In this document: positions 42,260-54,109 of the stretch, in pieces | Layout: each line of letters starts with the position of its first letter | How positions within the stretch are numbered: position 1 is the first letter of the stretch | Source: Ancylonema sp. | Taxonomy: Eukaryota | Direction of reading: 5' to 3' | Length of the DNA: 64,000 nucleotides | NCBI GenBank assembly: GCA_050230475.1 | Contig: JBFLGF010000015.1 | Span: forward strand, 1-64,000 | The notes under the pieces: model-generated | Seen by the model: the letters and a program-made list of their open reading frames with translations, nothing else | Told to the model about the DNA's origin: nothing | Database searches by the model: none | Program-made: the position numbers and the translations under genes

Positions 42260-44089
42260 TCATGCGTCCACGTCTGGGTCGATGAGGCAGATGTAGGAAG
42301 CAGGATCGCAGGTGCATAGTAGAGCGTGCAGGCGAGTAGAAAACAAGTTGGAGTTGTCAGGGTAACGTTGACAACTTGTGCTTGAGTTTGTAAAATCGGT
42401 GTAAAGTGGATTGGTCCCTACTGTCAATTGAACTGGACTAGTAGTTGAGGATGTATCCGAATCATGGGTTGATGCTCGCTGATGTAGTGATTGCTTGTGA
42501 AACACCAGCCGTGCCGTTGTTGGCGAAAGTGGTAATTTGTAAGAGAAAAACCCATTAACTCCATCAATTAACAAGAAGTGATCTTCGTTGTCACGTGATG
42601 TTGGTTTTGAGCAGTTGGTTGAAGTTCGGGGTGTCTCCGAGTCATAACGGGGCATTCGTAGTCTTGGTAGTAAGGGTAACAAAAACATGTCGTCCATGTA
42701 TTCCGTCATACGAATGTCATTCCTTGGTTGAGGATCCATGAGATCAATAGATGTAAGGTCGTTGTTGTGCTCCGTTGTAGGAGGCAATAAACAGTTGAAA
42801 ATGTCGGTGTTGTTGGGAGGATTTTCCACACTTTCAGAGTGTGTTTCTGAATGTGTATCCATGACACATGTAGTTGATGGGGAATGTGTGGAGTCCGAAT
42901 CACTTAAGGGTCGTGGGAATGGTGGTGTGCGAGGGTTATCTCCCCCCCCGCTGCTGCCATTTTCCTCAAGATTCCTCGTGTTGATGGTAGTGAGAAGACC
43001 GCCGTACCATTTAGTGATATTATGATCCAACATGCGTCCCAATAATTGACAATTGCGCATATCATTGTAAGAAGGATCCCCTGTAGGAGTTATGGTGATG
43101 TCATCGATGTCGATACCCATAAAACGCGCACTTTCCCGTGGGTTTGGTGTGCTCCATTCTCTTTTTGATGCATGGAATAACATACCGTTTCCATACACGT
43201 AGCGGCCCAGTTCTGGACGCCAAATGAGTGCGTAGTCGGCATTATCATAGTAAGGGGTAATGGGTGGCATCATGGTGCGTTTTGTGCCACGAATGTTGAT
43301 GCCCGGTAAATTGATGCGATCGATGACACCATTTTGAGGGCGGCGTCTTGGATCAAGGAGTGATGCGATTGTGCATCGTGAGGGGTTGTTGGGCACCGCA
43401 TTAAACAATCGATTGGAAACGAATGTATTTTGCAAGATGATGGTGTCCCTCTAGCTATTGCTCCCCAAGTGTGCAGCGTTGATAAGCGTTGGTTGGCCGG
43501 AAAACGAGTTGGCCACACAAACGAGTTATTTTTCCCACATGGGAAAATCGTGTGAGGTAGCATGATTGTAAAACATGTAAGTTGGACGCCATGGTTGTTG
43601 TGTCGAGACGTAGCAAACAATTTTTGCCATATTGAAGAACGTTGCCACCCGTGGTTCATGAACGGAGACCACAGGTGTGATGTCGCGTACCATTTGAATG
43701 TTCCAGTTGCCACTAACAAAATCGATGGCTCCCCATGTGTTGATGATCTTGACGATGTCCATCGTGCAAGTTTCATCCAATCGATGAGGAAGTGTCGCAT
43801 CAAAACCATTTATGGCACTTTCCGGGAGTAAGTCGGGGAATAAAAGGTGTGAATCCTACATTTGTCGTCGTAGAGATATTTGTGCCTCTGGATCTTGTTC
43901 TTGCACGTGAACTTTCTTAATGCGTTCACCGCCATAGAGTAACATCCGGAGTCCAGAAAGGTCGACGCCCGCAAAAGGTAGCCATACATGTAGGCCTTGG
44001 TTGTTAGCCCTTGTTGGAAACCGATTGGCCGGAGTAAAACAGTTGAGTCTGTCGAGCAAAATTCCAGGCCAGTAAGGTTCGAAAGACAC
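42260..44089 (-). pseudogene. C5-cytosine DNA methyltransferase-like domain (catalytic residues substituted) with a low-complexity tail, E1
   Basis: Motif-like blocks in order: I WLPFAGVDLSGL, IV GAIDFVSGNWNIQ, VI PTYMFYNH, VIII NAAHLGSNS*RDTIILQN, IX PNPRESARFMG, X RNCQLLGRMLD; several in-frame stops. Confidence 0.75.
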
Positions 44090-44563
44090 TGCTCCGGAGT
44101 GTTGCTTGAGGGGTTTTCGGAGGAGTTTTTTGCTCTCTTGGTGTAGTTCGTCTTGTCAATTCTCCATTTCCTCTGCGTCATCTTCGTCATACCGACTTAT
44201 GAACGGATGTTGTCGGCAGTTGAATGGTTGACGTAGGTAATCTAAATCCCTGGTTCTCCAAGGTGGAGGTGGTGTCGTGGGTAAGTTGATCGTGTGTGGT
44301 CCGAGAAAGTACTGTTGTTGATGTAATCGAGCATACTTACGAAGAGTCGACCTCACGATCGGTGTTGTGTAGTACTCACGTGGCGGTACCGTTGCAGGCA
44401 CCACAGGTGGTTGTAAATATATATTTGCTTGATGTGTGTACGCGCTAGGTTGGGAGAAGTCAGCCATGTACATTTGGGCGGTGATCGCCGCGTCGCCACC
44501 GACTCGGATGGGAATGTTGCCAATGCAATCTCCCTCTTGCTCCCACTCTGCGCGGTAAAATAT

Positions 44564-45109
44564 TTATTTGTTCCATGTATCGACGCATCCCCCGATAGTT
44601 GCGATGAGTGTGTTCCCGAGAAGCACATCATAGTCCATGGATGGGGAGAGGTGTAATTGCGTCCATACGGTGGTGGGGTTAGGAGTGTTTGCACCAATGA
44701 TAATTGGATTTTTTTCCTTAGTTGTTCCGAGTGTAAATTTGGTATCCCCTGATGCCATTTTGTAAGGAGTTCCCGGATTGAGGTCCGAATCTTTGATGCC
44801 CAATTGTCTCCGATATGGGACGCCCACCATGGTGTTTGTGGCTCCCGAATCCAAAATGAGCTTCAGTGGTATCGTTTGCTTGATTTGTAAGTTGCCATCT
44901 TTGTTGTCCACCGTGGTAACTTGATATTCTGTCTCATATGTCTTTGGTGGTGGTGGGATCGCCAGCGAACACACTGTTTCCGCATAATGTTGTGTTGTTG
45001 ATAGTTGGGGTTGTGGGTCCTCCAATTTGAGAATGAGATCCTGTACCATTTGTAATGACTTCGTGTTGGTCAATGTAAGTCGTTGCTCGATGCCAGATAA
45101 GATCAACAC
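44564..45109 (-). pseudogene. Retropepsin-type aspartic protease of E1
   Basis: LILDSGATNTMVG...YDVLLG motifs. Confidence 0.88.
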
Positions 45110-46989
45110 ACCGTTTGTTTTTGATTTTTGTTATTTTTTAGTTTTGAATCCAGGCAATATGACAAGTTCACAGATTACAGATTTCACAGATTTGAGAAGA
45201 AATTATATTTTGCAACCTGGCAATTCTACACGAAACAATTCTTCACAAAATTGACAAAAATTTGTAAAGCGACACGCAGATCGAAACAAAGTTCACTTAT
45301 AAATGCGCACGAACAACTTTTATACCTCTAGCTGCAGTAGCGCGCAGCGCTGAAAGCACACAAGATTGATGGTAGGGGTTTTTTTTTTTTGGCAATTTCA
45401 GCTATTCACCTTGAATTCAAACGTCGACGCATAATTTATAGTCGCCTTGTAAGTGTAGAATCTTCGGTAAGTTGATGGCCAGAGGCCCTTTCGCTGAATC
45501 TGAGAAGTTTGGCACGCTTGAATCGCGGCAGTGATCGTTAACGATCACCGAAACGTCGGCAGAAATGGTAACTTGACTCGTTACTTTCTCGCTGCGGGCA
45601 AGCAGACAATGCTAACGACACTCTCAATATTATAAAAGAGTGTGAAGCAATACAATAACTAAGTAAGAACACTATAGCTATCGGTCAACGATCAGCTATT
45701 TATGTGTAAGTCTTAATTACTTGTAATCTGCAGCGAAGTAAACATACCGAAGCACGATGAGCGAGAGCTCGGATGTGCAAGCAGCAATGACAATAAATCA
45801 CACTATGCAAGCAAGCAGATTGCAAGGCAAAGCACAGGAGACAAAGATACAGATTACACGAGAGGCAAGATGGGATGCAAGTCTCTTCAGCGTTAGATTT
45901 AGCGAAAGCCGAATTCTGAGTTTGGAATACAAAGGTTTTATTCAAACTCTACAGACGACGCTAGATGCGTGTCGATCTACAATTCAATCTCACAAAATAT
46001 GTCTCGCGCGCAAATGCCTTATCTACAATATCTATCGTCGGATATTCATCGACGGCTAACAATTATGACAAGTCATCACAAGTTGATTGCTGACTAGTAC
46101 AAAAGTGCCACGTCGGATCGACGGTTAATAAATGCTAAGCAAATATAATTCAAATATTGAGCGGGGGCGCAGGCTGACAATTGGAGCTCGGGAGCGGGGC
46201 CGGCGAGCGGGGCGGAAGTTTGTAATGCGGCGGAACTCTTGATTTGGCGTGGTGCACACGTGATTTGTCAAGCCTGTATGAATCGTCAGCTATAAACCCC
46301 TCTGCTTTTATGATAGTATTAAAATAGCCGCACCGCTATGTTTTTCCGCCTTGTCACGACTCCGCCCCCTCATTTCATTCCGAGCTTTGTCGGTGACCGG
46401 CGCCCTTTTATTAAAGTTTCGAATAGTCAACCGTCAACCTTTGACTAGCTCCCCTTTGTATTTGAATTGATTAGACTACGTGTCAGACTTGTCATCAATA
46501 ACAATCGTGACCGTAGCTCTTTAGATCAACCGCTCAAAATCAATTAGAGATGTTTGCAACCAATTATAGCGTGTGCGCCGAGTTGATTTATATATTTCTT
46601 GCCACGCGTATCCCGGCGAGCGCGCGAGTAGAATATTCAAGTTTGACAATAAAGACCTTGTACAACTTTCAAATCTCAGCTTTCGCTGAATTTGACGCCG
46701 AATAAATTTTCCTTGCACACCATTGTTTTCCTCGACACTCTGAATTCTTTGCCTTGCGCAATCTGCTATCTTTTGCTTTCGCGACATCGTGTGTATCGAG
46801 CGTTCGCTCTTTTGTGATTGCTTTGCATCAAGCTATCGCTTTGCAAATTTTGAATTACCCTCGTTACCGAAGTTATCGATTGTCTGACCTGCTGCGCAGT
46901 CAGAAATCACCTGTGTGAATTACTATTATTACTATTATTGAATTACTATTATTATTACTATTGTTTTGTTTCTTCCAACGCTTACATAC

Positions 46990-48617
46990 CGAAATCGACA
47001 AATTTTTACCAAAAGGCTTATACACGAAGTACTTCAACGTACAGACAATCGGATCGACAAAATGACAGACCTACAGATCGACAAAATACTAATGGCGAAA
47101 GACCACCTCCAACATGTTACAACTGCAACCAAGTCGGCCACTACAAGAAATATTGCAATTTACCAATGAAATCTGCACCACCTACCGGACCTACGCAACC
47201 TTACCGATCTTCAAATCAACAAGCTAGCGGTCAACAACCTCAAGGAAACCACAAAGGAGATTCTTATGGACAACAACGAATGAATCAAGTTCCCAAACCT
47301 CGATAGTTCGGACCTGATTCCTACACGAAGGGAGCAACATGCACTAATTGTGGGACGATGAACCACAAAGCGAAACAATGTCAACGACCACGCAACGGCC
47401 AACACTTAACGTTACCCGTCCCTCCAATTTCATTGGATCTATCCGCAGGACCAGAAGTGCAACGCATCACGTGGAAGGACCAGCAACAACCCGATCCTAG
47501 CCTCATCTTCATGGAGAAAGAACCTGAAAAAGAAGCCGATTCAACGAAGGGGTCCCTTGACGACGACATTGACGAGTTAACCTATGTGCAAATTCTTAAC
47601 GAGGAGATTAAGATCCTTAAAAAAGGATGGCAGGACGCGGTTAAGGTAAACATACCAAAACAAAATACACTTACCCCAAGAAGATCACCAAGAGTTGCTC
47701 AATTTGAACTTCGTCGACAAACTTCAAGCTTACCAGATTCCTCCAGATCACTACCTAGACCAACGTTAACATCACCACCACCTGAATGTGACACTCATGC
47801 ATCAGAGGAAGCTACAATTACCAATCACCGTGTCACACGCAATGATGTATACCCACCAGAACATGAGGACACAGGACGTTTCGATTTAGAAAGACCAGAC
47901 TATGGAAGAAGACGTGGATATAGCGTTAAAATGCCAGAAACATGGATCCCTGAATTCTCTGATAACATCACACCAGGCACGGTTAACCTGAATGAACCAA
48001 CATTCACCGACCCGCCACCACCATTACCCCTTCCTCAGGCACATGCAGTTGCCAACCAACTCAACACGATGCAAATCGAGCTCCAAAAACTTGTCATCGA
48101 ACAAAGCAAGGCAATCACCTTGGCACACGACCTCGTCCGCATACTAGAGAACCCTTCCCCTCAACTGTCGGCGATCCTCAAGGCCACGAAGGAAACCCCG
48201 ATGGAGAACACCTACAAGCCTCCACACGCAAGAAAAAAAGGTGAGCTTACCATGGATACTTATCAAATCACCACGATTGATAATAACACTAGAATTTGTC
48301 ACATCAATGGAAAAATCCCAATGAAACCGGTCATTGATTCGGGTGCACAAAATACTATGATTGGTATTACTTACCGAAAGACCCTCGACATTACCGATGA
48401 CGATTTACGAACTGGTTCACAATACACAACGGCATCCGGTGACATTCGAACGAGCATGGGCAGCACAAAGGAAAAATTCCCCATTATCCTAGGAGCTGGC
48501 ACACCAAATCCGACGACGGTGTGGACAGAGTTACACCTTTCCCCATCCAAAGATTTTGATTTACTTCTGGGCACTGTTTTCATCGCCACGCTCGGAGGAT
48601 GCAGTGACACCCGATAA
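46990..48617 (+). pseudogene. Gag (two CCHC zinc knuckles) plus retropepsin of E2
   Basis: CYNCNQVGHYKKYC, CTNCGTMNHKAKQC, VIDSGAQNTMIG...FDLLLG. Confidence 0.88.
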
Positions 48618-49194
48618 AATAAGTTATTTTGCCATGCTGATTGGGCTCACGGCGGACATTGCCTCACAAGCGTTCCCATTACCGTCCAAGGACCTCCCAA
48701 GGTAATACCACAAATACTCATGGCAGACTTCGAGGTTAAAAATCGCACTACAAATGACATGCACCGAAACAAAGTATACGACAACAACATTCGACAACAA
48801 CCATTACTACTAGTGTGTTGTCCCTGGGCCCACACCTCAGTTACCCAGCATAAGACAATTAGTGATAAAATTTGCAACATTACACATATTTACACATCAA
48901 GACAAAGAATACAAGTACTCTGCATGGATGGTTACACCGTGGAATTGCACAGTCTACGATTTTCTTCAAAAAATACTTTGACGCTGCATCTCCATATATT
49001 GCACGCAAGCATGACCACCACGCAAAACAAATGGCGTTCGACAATCTTATGCTCAGTCAAGAAAGTGAACGAATTCTAAAAAAGATGATGCTTACCGCGA
49101 AAACATAATCACCATGGAAACCATTTTGGCCTGGCATTTCATATGACGACTACAAATGCATTACCCCACCGGTTCGGTTGATTCAACTACAATA

Positions 49195-50150
49195 TGGACT
49201 TCATGTATGGCCACCATTCGCAGGTATCGACCTCTCCGGACTCACCATGTTGCTCAAAGGCGGATTCCGTATCTCCACACTCTATCCGTATTCCTAATCA
49301 ATTACCTAACTCTGCATTACATGGCTTTGATACACGAATACCAAACGCATTGGTGAACACGATGACTACCGACATCTCCAACATGATCATGACCCATGGA
49401 CCAATCGACTTCATCTGCGGCAAGTGGCACAGTGAGGTCATCTGTAATGAGACACCAATTACCACAATCAAAGATCCTCGAGTGGCAGCCCTGTTCACAC
49501 TACTGACACTCGTTCAACAATTTTAGAAGATGCAACCTTTCATTCCGACATACATGTTTTACAATCATTATCGACCAGCAGATTACCCTCTGTGGTCCAA
49601 AGAACTATTGCATATGACATCACAATTTCTTGGAAAAATGATAATAGTCAACGCTTTACAGCTTCGTTCCCACTCTTACCGACAAACTCATATCTGGAAA
49701 AATACCTTTCCAAATGGACATCTTCGAGCATCTATTCCCAACGACAGATGGATTTCCAAAATCGAGCGGTTACTCAACCTAGGACATCAGGAACAAGGAA
49801 AAGGTGCCAACACGTATAAGTGCGAAAGCAACTATTACCGGTCCCTTGATGAAAGACAATTCATGCCATCAATAACCCCTTACCAAGAAAATCCTGACTA
49901 TGTTTTAACATGGAGACAACATCTACAATAGTACACGTACGGCGAAGGGATGCTGAAGGACAACACCAACAACCACTGGGTGTCACCACCTGCTGGCGAG
50001 CGTGAAAGATTTTTACATTACAACTTGGACGATATATCCATACCTGCACACCCGGATACTAATTACCTGAATAAACGTAACTGCCAACTCCTTGGACTAA
50101 CAATGGACAATAAAATTTGTGCTTGGTATGGAGGCTTACTTGGTGCATTT
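49195..50150 (+). pseudogene. C5-cytosine DNA methyltransferase-like domain (catalytic residues substituted), E2
   Basis: GLHVWPPFAGIDLSGL, GPIDFICGKWHSE, PTYMFYNH, NALQLRSHSYRQTHIWKN, PPAGERERFL, RNCQLLGLTMD; colinear with the E1 domain. Confidence 0.75.
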
Positions 50151-51523
50151 CACAGCTTCCACAACTTCTTCATCCACGAATGTCACTATCATCCACGACG
50201 ATCATAACAACAAGTTACCTTTGACATGAGAATCTGAATCCAAAATATTTGTCCTCCCATTTACATCTGCTATAATTTCTACACACCCTGATGCTGTGAT
50301 GACTACACATCCAACAATATCGACAACTTGTCATTTTTTAGCTTCTGAGAACAACCCTTGTGCTACATCATTACATGCTACAATTTATGATTGTGATCCT
50401 GATCACTTTACCCTTTTCTATTGATTACCCAGATGTGAACGCATAGCTCTTCAATCTGGGGGGGGGGAATAACGATATTCTAGCCTCCTATCTACACCTA
50501 CACTACATCGACAAGACCCCTTTCTGTCGATATTTTGAGTGCGATTACCCCTTCATCGACTAATTCCATCATCGATGACCCATTTACCCTACCGATCTCA
50601 TCTGGCACGCCAGCTGTCATGCCTGTACGAATCGTCAGATAGAAACCCCTCTGTTTTTATCAGAATATTTAAATAGCCGCACCGCTATGTTTTTCCGCCT
50701 TGTCACAACTCCGCCCACGCTCATTTCATTTCGAGCTTCGTCGGTGACCGGCGCCCTTTTATTAAAGTTTCGAGTAGTCAACCTTTGACTAGCTCCCCTT
50801 TGTATTTTAATTGATTAGACTACGTGTCAGACTTGTCATCAATAGCAATCGTGACCGTAGCTCTTTAGATCAACAGCTCAGAATCAATTAGAGATGTCTG
50901 CAACCAATTATAGCGTGCGCGCCGAGTTGATTTAGACATTTCTTGCCACGCGTATCTCAGCGAGCGCGCGAGTAGAATATTCGAGTTTGACAATAAAGAC
51001 CTTGTACAACTTCAAATCTCAGCTTTCGCTGAATTTGACGCTGAATTTTTCCTTGCACACCATTGCTTTCCTCGACACTCTGGATTCTTTGCCTTGCGCA
51101 TTCTGTTATCTTTTGCTTTCGCAACATCGTGTATATCGAGCGTTCGCTCGTTTGTTATTACTTTGCATCAAGCTGTCGCTTTGCAATTTGTGAATTACCC
51201 TCGTTACCGAAGTTATCGATTGTATAACCTGCTGCGTAGTCAGAAATCACCTGTTTGAATTACCGAGCGTTCGCTCATCCGTGCAATCCATTCGCACATC
51301 TCTTTTGCTACTATGCTTGGTGATCAAGAATCGACGCATCTGTTGCTGTAATCTTGTGGCGCTCTCGTTACTTTTAAGCTGTTAGGTAAGAGCAGCGTGT
51401 GATAGCTTGCTAGCGGTGAGTAGTACATCGAATAAAGCTCGAAAATTGCCTCGTTTGTGTGATTGTTTACAATCATTGCCGCGATTCAAGCGAGCACCGT
51501 ACTCTCAGTTACGATATTCCAGC

Positions 51524-52305
51524 TAAATCGATTTGTCACTTAATACGGTAGCGCACAAGTTTAATGCTTTACAATACAAGACAAAATAATTGTACGATAA
51601 AGCAACAACGATTCGGTATGATTGTGAAATGTTAATTATGAAAGTGTTCTCGTCGGGCTAATGTACCCGACGAGCCGACAACGGTACAATGATAAGCCGA
51701 CAACCTAGGCAGGCCCCTTTCACTGAGCTGAAAGCCTATCCCCCCTTCGTTTGTTGAGACAATTGAGGCTCACCAGCTGCTGGCCCAAGCTGGGCACGTG
51801 CAGGGAATTCAGCAGCACCTCCTCCACCGACGTGCCTTTCTTCAGCGCCACCTTCACATGGCCTACACCCAAGATTGGATGTGCGCGGCCATCTGCTGTT
51901 TTGACATGCCTCTTGTCAGCTGGCACTGTGGTGGAATATCGCATGAAGTCTTGACGGCTCGGGAAAACATGTTCGGTCGCTGCAAAATCTAATATCAAAA
52001 GCTGCTCCTGAACTTCTGCCCGTGATCCTTTCTTCTCAGCTAGGGCACTCCGAGAGAAGACAGCCATCCCGAAATTGCCTCTCCCCACGTCTAGCTCCTC
52101 AAAATCTAGGGCACTGTCAGCTAAATGCGCGGAAGCATAGTTAGCTCGCTTGACCTGCCCCTCTGCATCCTGCCGCTTCAGATCGCATTGCTCGACTCTG
52201 TGGCCTAGCTCCTGGCAGCAGGCGCACGTCAGCTCACGCTGCTGCTGCCCTTGCTGCCGATTTCTGCCATACTGCTGGCCTCCGTTGCTTCCTCCACCGA
52301 ATTGC

Positions 52306-52339
<34 letters not shown>

Positions 52340-54109
52340 GCTTCCTCCATACAGCTGCTCATTTTGCTGCTGGGATCGTCGGCAATCTCGCACCAGATGT
52401 CCGGGGTCACCGTAGTTGTGGCAGCGCTTCTGCGGCTGGCCGCCTTGCTGCTGGCCTCCGCTTTCTCCAGTGGGGTAATTCGACTTGTAGTATCCGAATT
52501 CCTGGCAGCCGTGGCATCGCACGCTGCTGATTTCCCCTCTACCGCCATTTTGGGGCTTGCTCCCATGTGCAGCTCCTCCGGATCCGCCGTAATGCGCCTG
52601 CGGACCACCGAGAGGCTCGCCACGCTTCCGCGCGTTGACGATGAGCTTGGTGTCCTTACGCTGCAGAGCCGAGGTGATGCGGGGGATCGTATAAAGATTC
52701 GGCGAGGACTCCGCCCAGCTTTGGACGACCTCGACCATCGTGTTGTATCGCGTGCTCAGGCTGTTGATCAAATTTGTCGCCTGGTCTGCTTCGCTGACTG
52801 TCTTCCCAAGGTGCGCAAGCTCTCCATGGATGACCTGCAGGCGTTTGACAAACTCTTGTAAGTCTTCTGCCTCTCGGCCTCTCCCATTACCGTAGCACTC
52901 AGTTTAGCCAGGGCATTAGCTACTTGGACTTCGTAAAAAGATGCAAGGTTATTCCACGTTTCAAATGCGTAATCACAATCCCTAACATGGACGTGCTCTG
53001 AAGGACCTAAAAACCTAACAATGTAGGCCTGCGCCTTTAAATCCTGCGCATCCCAAGCATCAACAAGCAAATTTATAGCATCGACATTCTGTTGGTGTAT
53101 ATTAGCAGCAGCTTCGAGTTGCTGCATCATCAGGCAATGAATCGACTGCTGCCTGTGTCAGCGGCTCGATAACAGCCGGGCGAGGTGTATTCTCGTCCTC
53201 CTCTTGAAGTCGACGACATATCGATGCAGCTCTTTTTCGATCGGGCCGAACCTGACCTTAATGGCCCATCCCTGATATGCTGCCCCGGTGAACTGGGGAA
53301 TATTGTTCTTATCCGCCATCTGCACCAGGGTTATAATACACAAAAATTCCAAAACAAAGATGCAGCAGCTAGCAGCTCTAGCAAAACTTTGGCGGCAATT
53401 TGCAGCACGCAGCTCACAGCTCACAACACAAAAAACAATAGCAGAACGTAATTCAAAAATTACGAGCCTAGCAATTCCATATCTTATTGCCCTAACAATT
53501 AGGCACAATTTACCGTGATTTCCAGAGCAGCTTTGCCTGCCAGTGAAAACGTGGAAATCTATAGGATCCGACCGCTCAGATGTCCTAGACAATCTGTGGG
53601 CCCATAATCTAAAACGATTTGTCACTTAACACGGTAGCGCACAAGTTCAATGCTTTACAATACAAGACAAAATAACTGTACGATAAAGCACCAGCGATTC
53701 GGTATGATTGTGAAATGTTAATTATGAACGCGTTCTCGTCGGGCTAGCCAATGTACCCGACGAGCCGACAACGGTACAATGATTACTGGTCGCTTTTCTA
53801 GCCGACGGTCGGAACTATTTGACCGCCGCGCACTCTAACCGTGCCAGCATAATTGTCCACGGCAACTTGCCGGACTAAACCGTCACATCACATCTCCGCC
53901 AATAGTGACACGACACCGCCCTAGCATCGCTTTGACAACCAACAACGACTACTAGTTGGACCACGCCGTACAAATGCGGACGTGACCAAGTGCGGACGGA
54001 TGCCCGGGTGTAGCATACCCGGCTCCGTGTCCTAAAAAGACTCTAAGGCAATAATTTGGACAAGGCAAACAAGTTATTAAATGTGCCTATCCGAACTCAA
54101 GTCCTATCA
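51524..54109 (-). mobile_element. Copia-3, internally deleted (gag-PR only), nested in B2 of E2
   Basis: 5' LTR 54109-53610, PBS GATTATGGGCCCA (53609-53597), gag with knuckles and PR-like LDFAATEH, partial 3' LTR about 51693-51524; TSD CCAGC (51519-51523 / 54110-54114). Confidence 0.9.

Noticed and set aside
42990..44000. Active host or bacterial DNA methyltransferase (restriction-modification system or contamination)
   Set aside because: It is embedded in a retroelement polyprotein downstream of a retropepsin, its catalytic residues are replaced, and it has in-frame stops.
52303..52342. Host poly-Q/poly-A protein
   Set aside because: A (CTG)n microsatellite within the Copia-3 gag.
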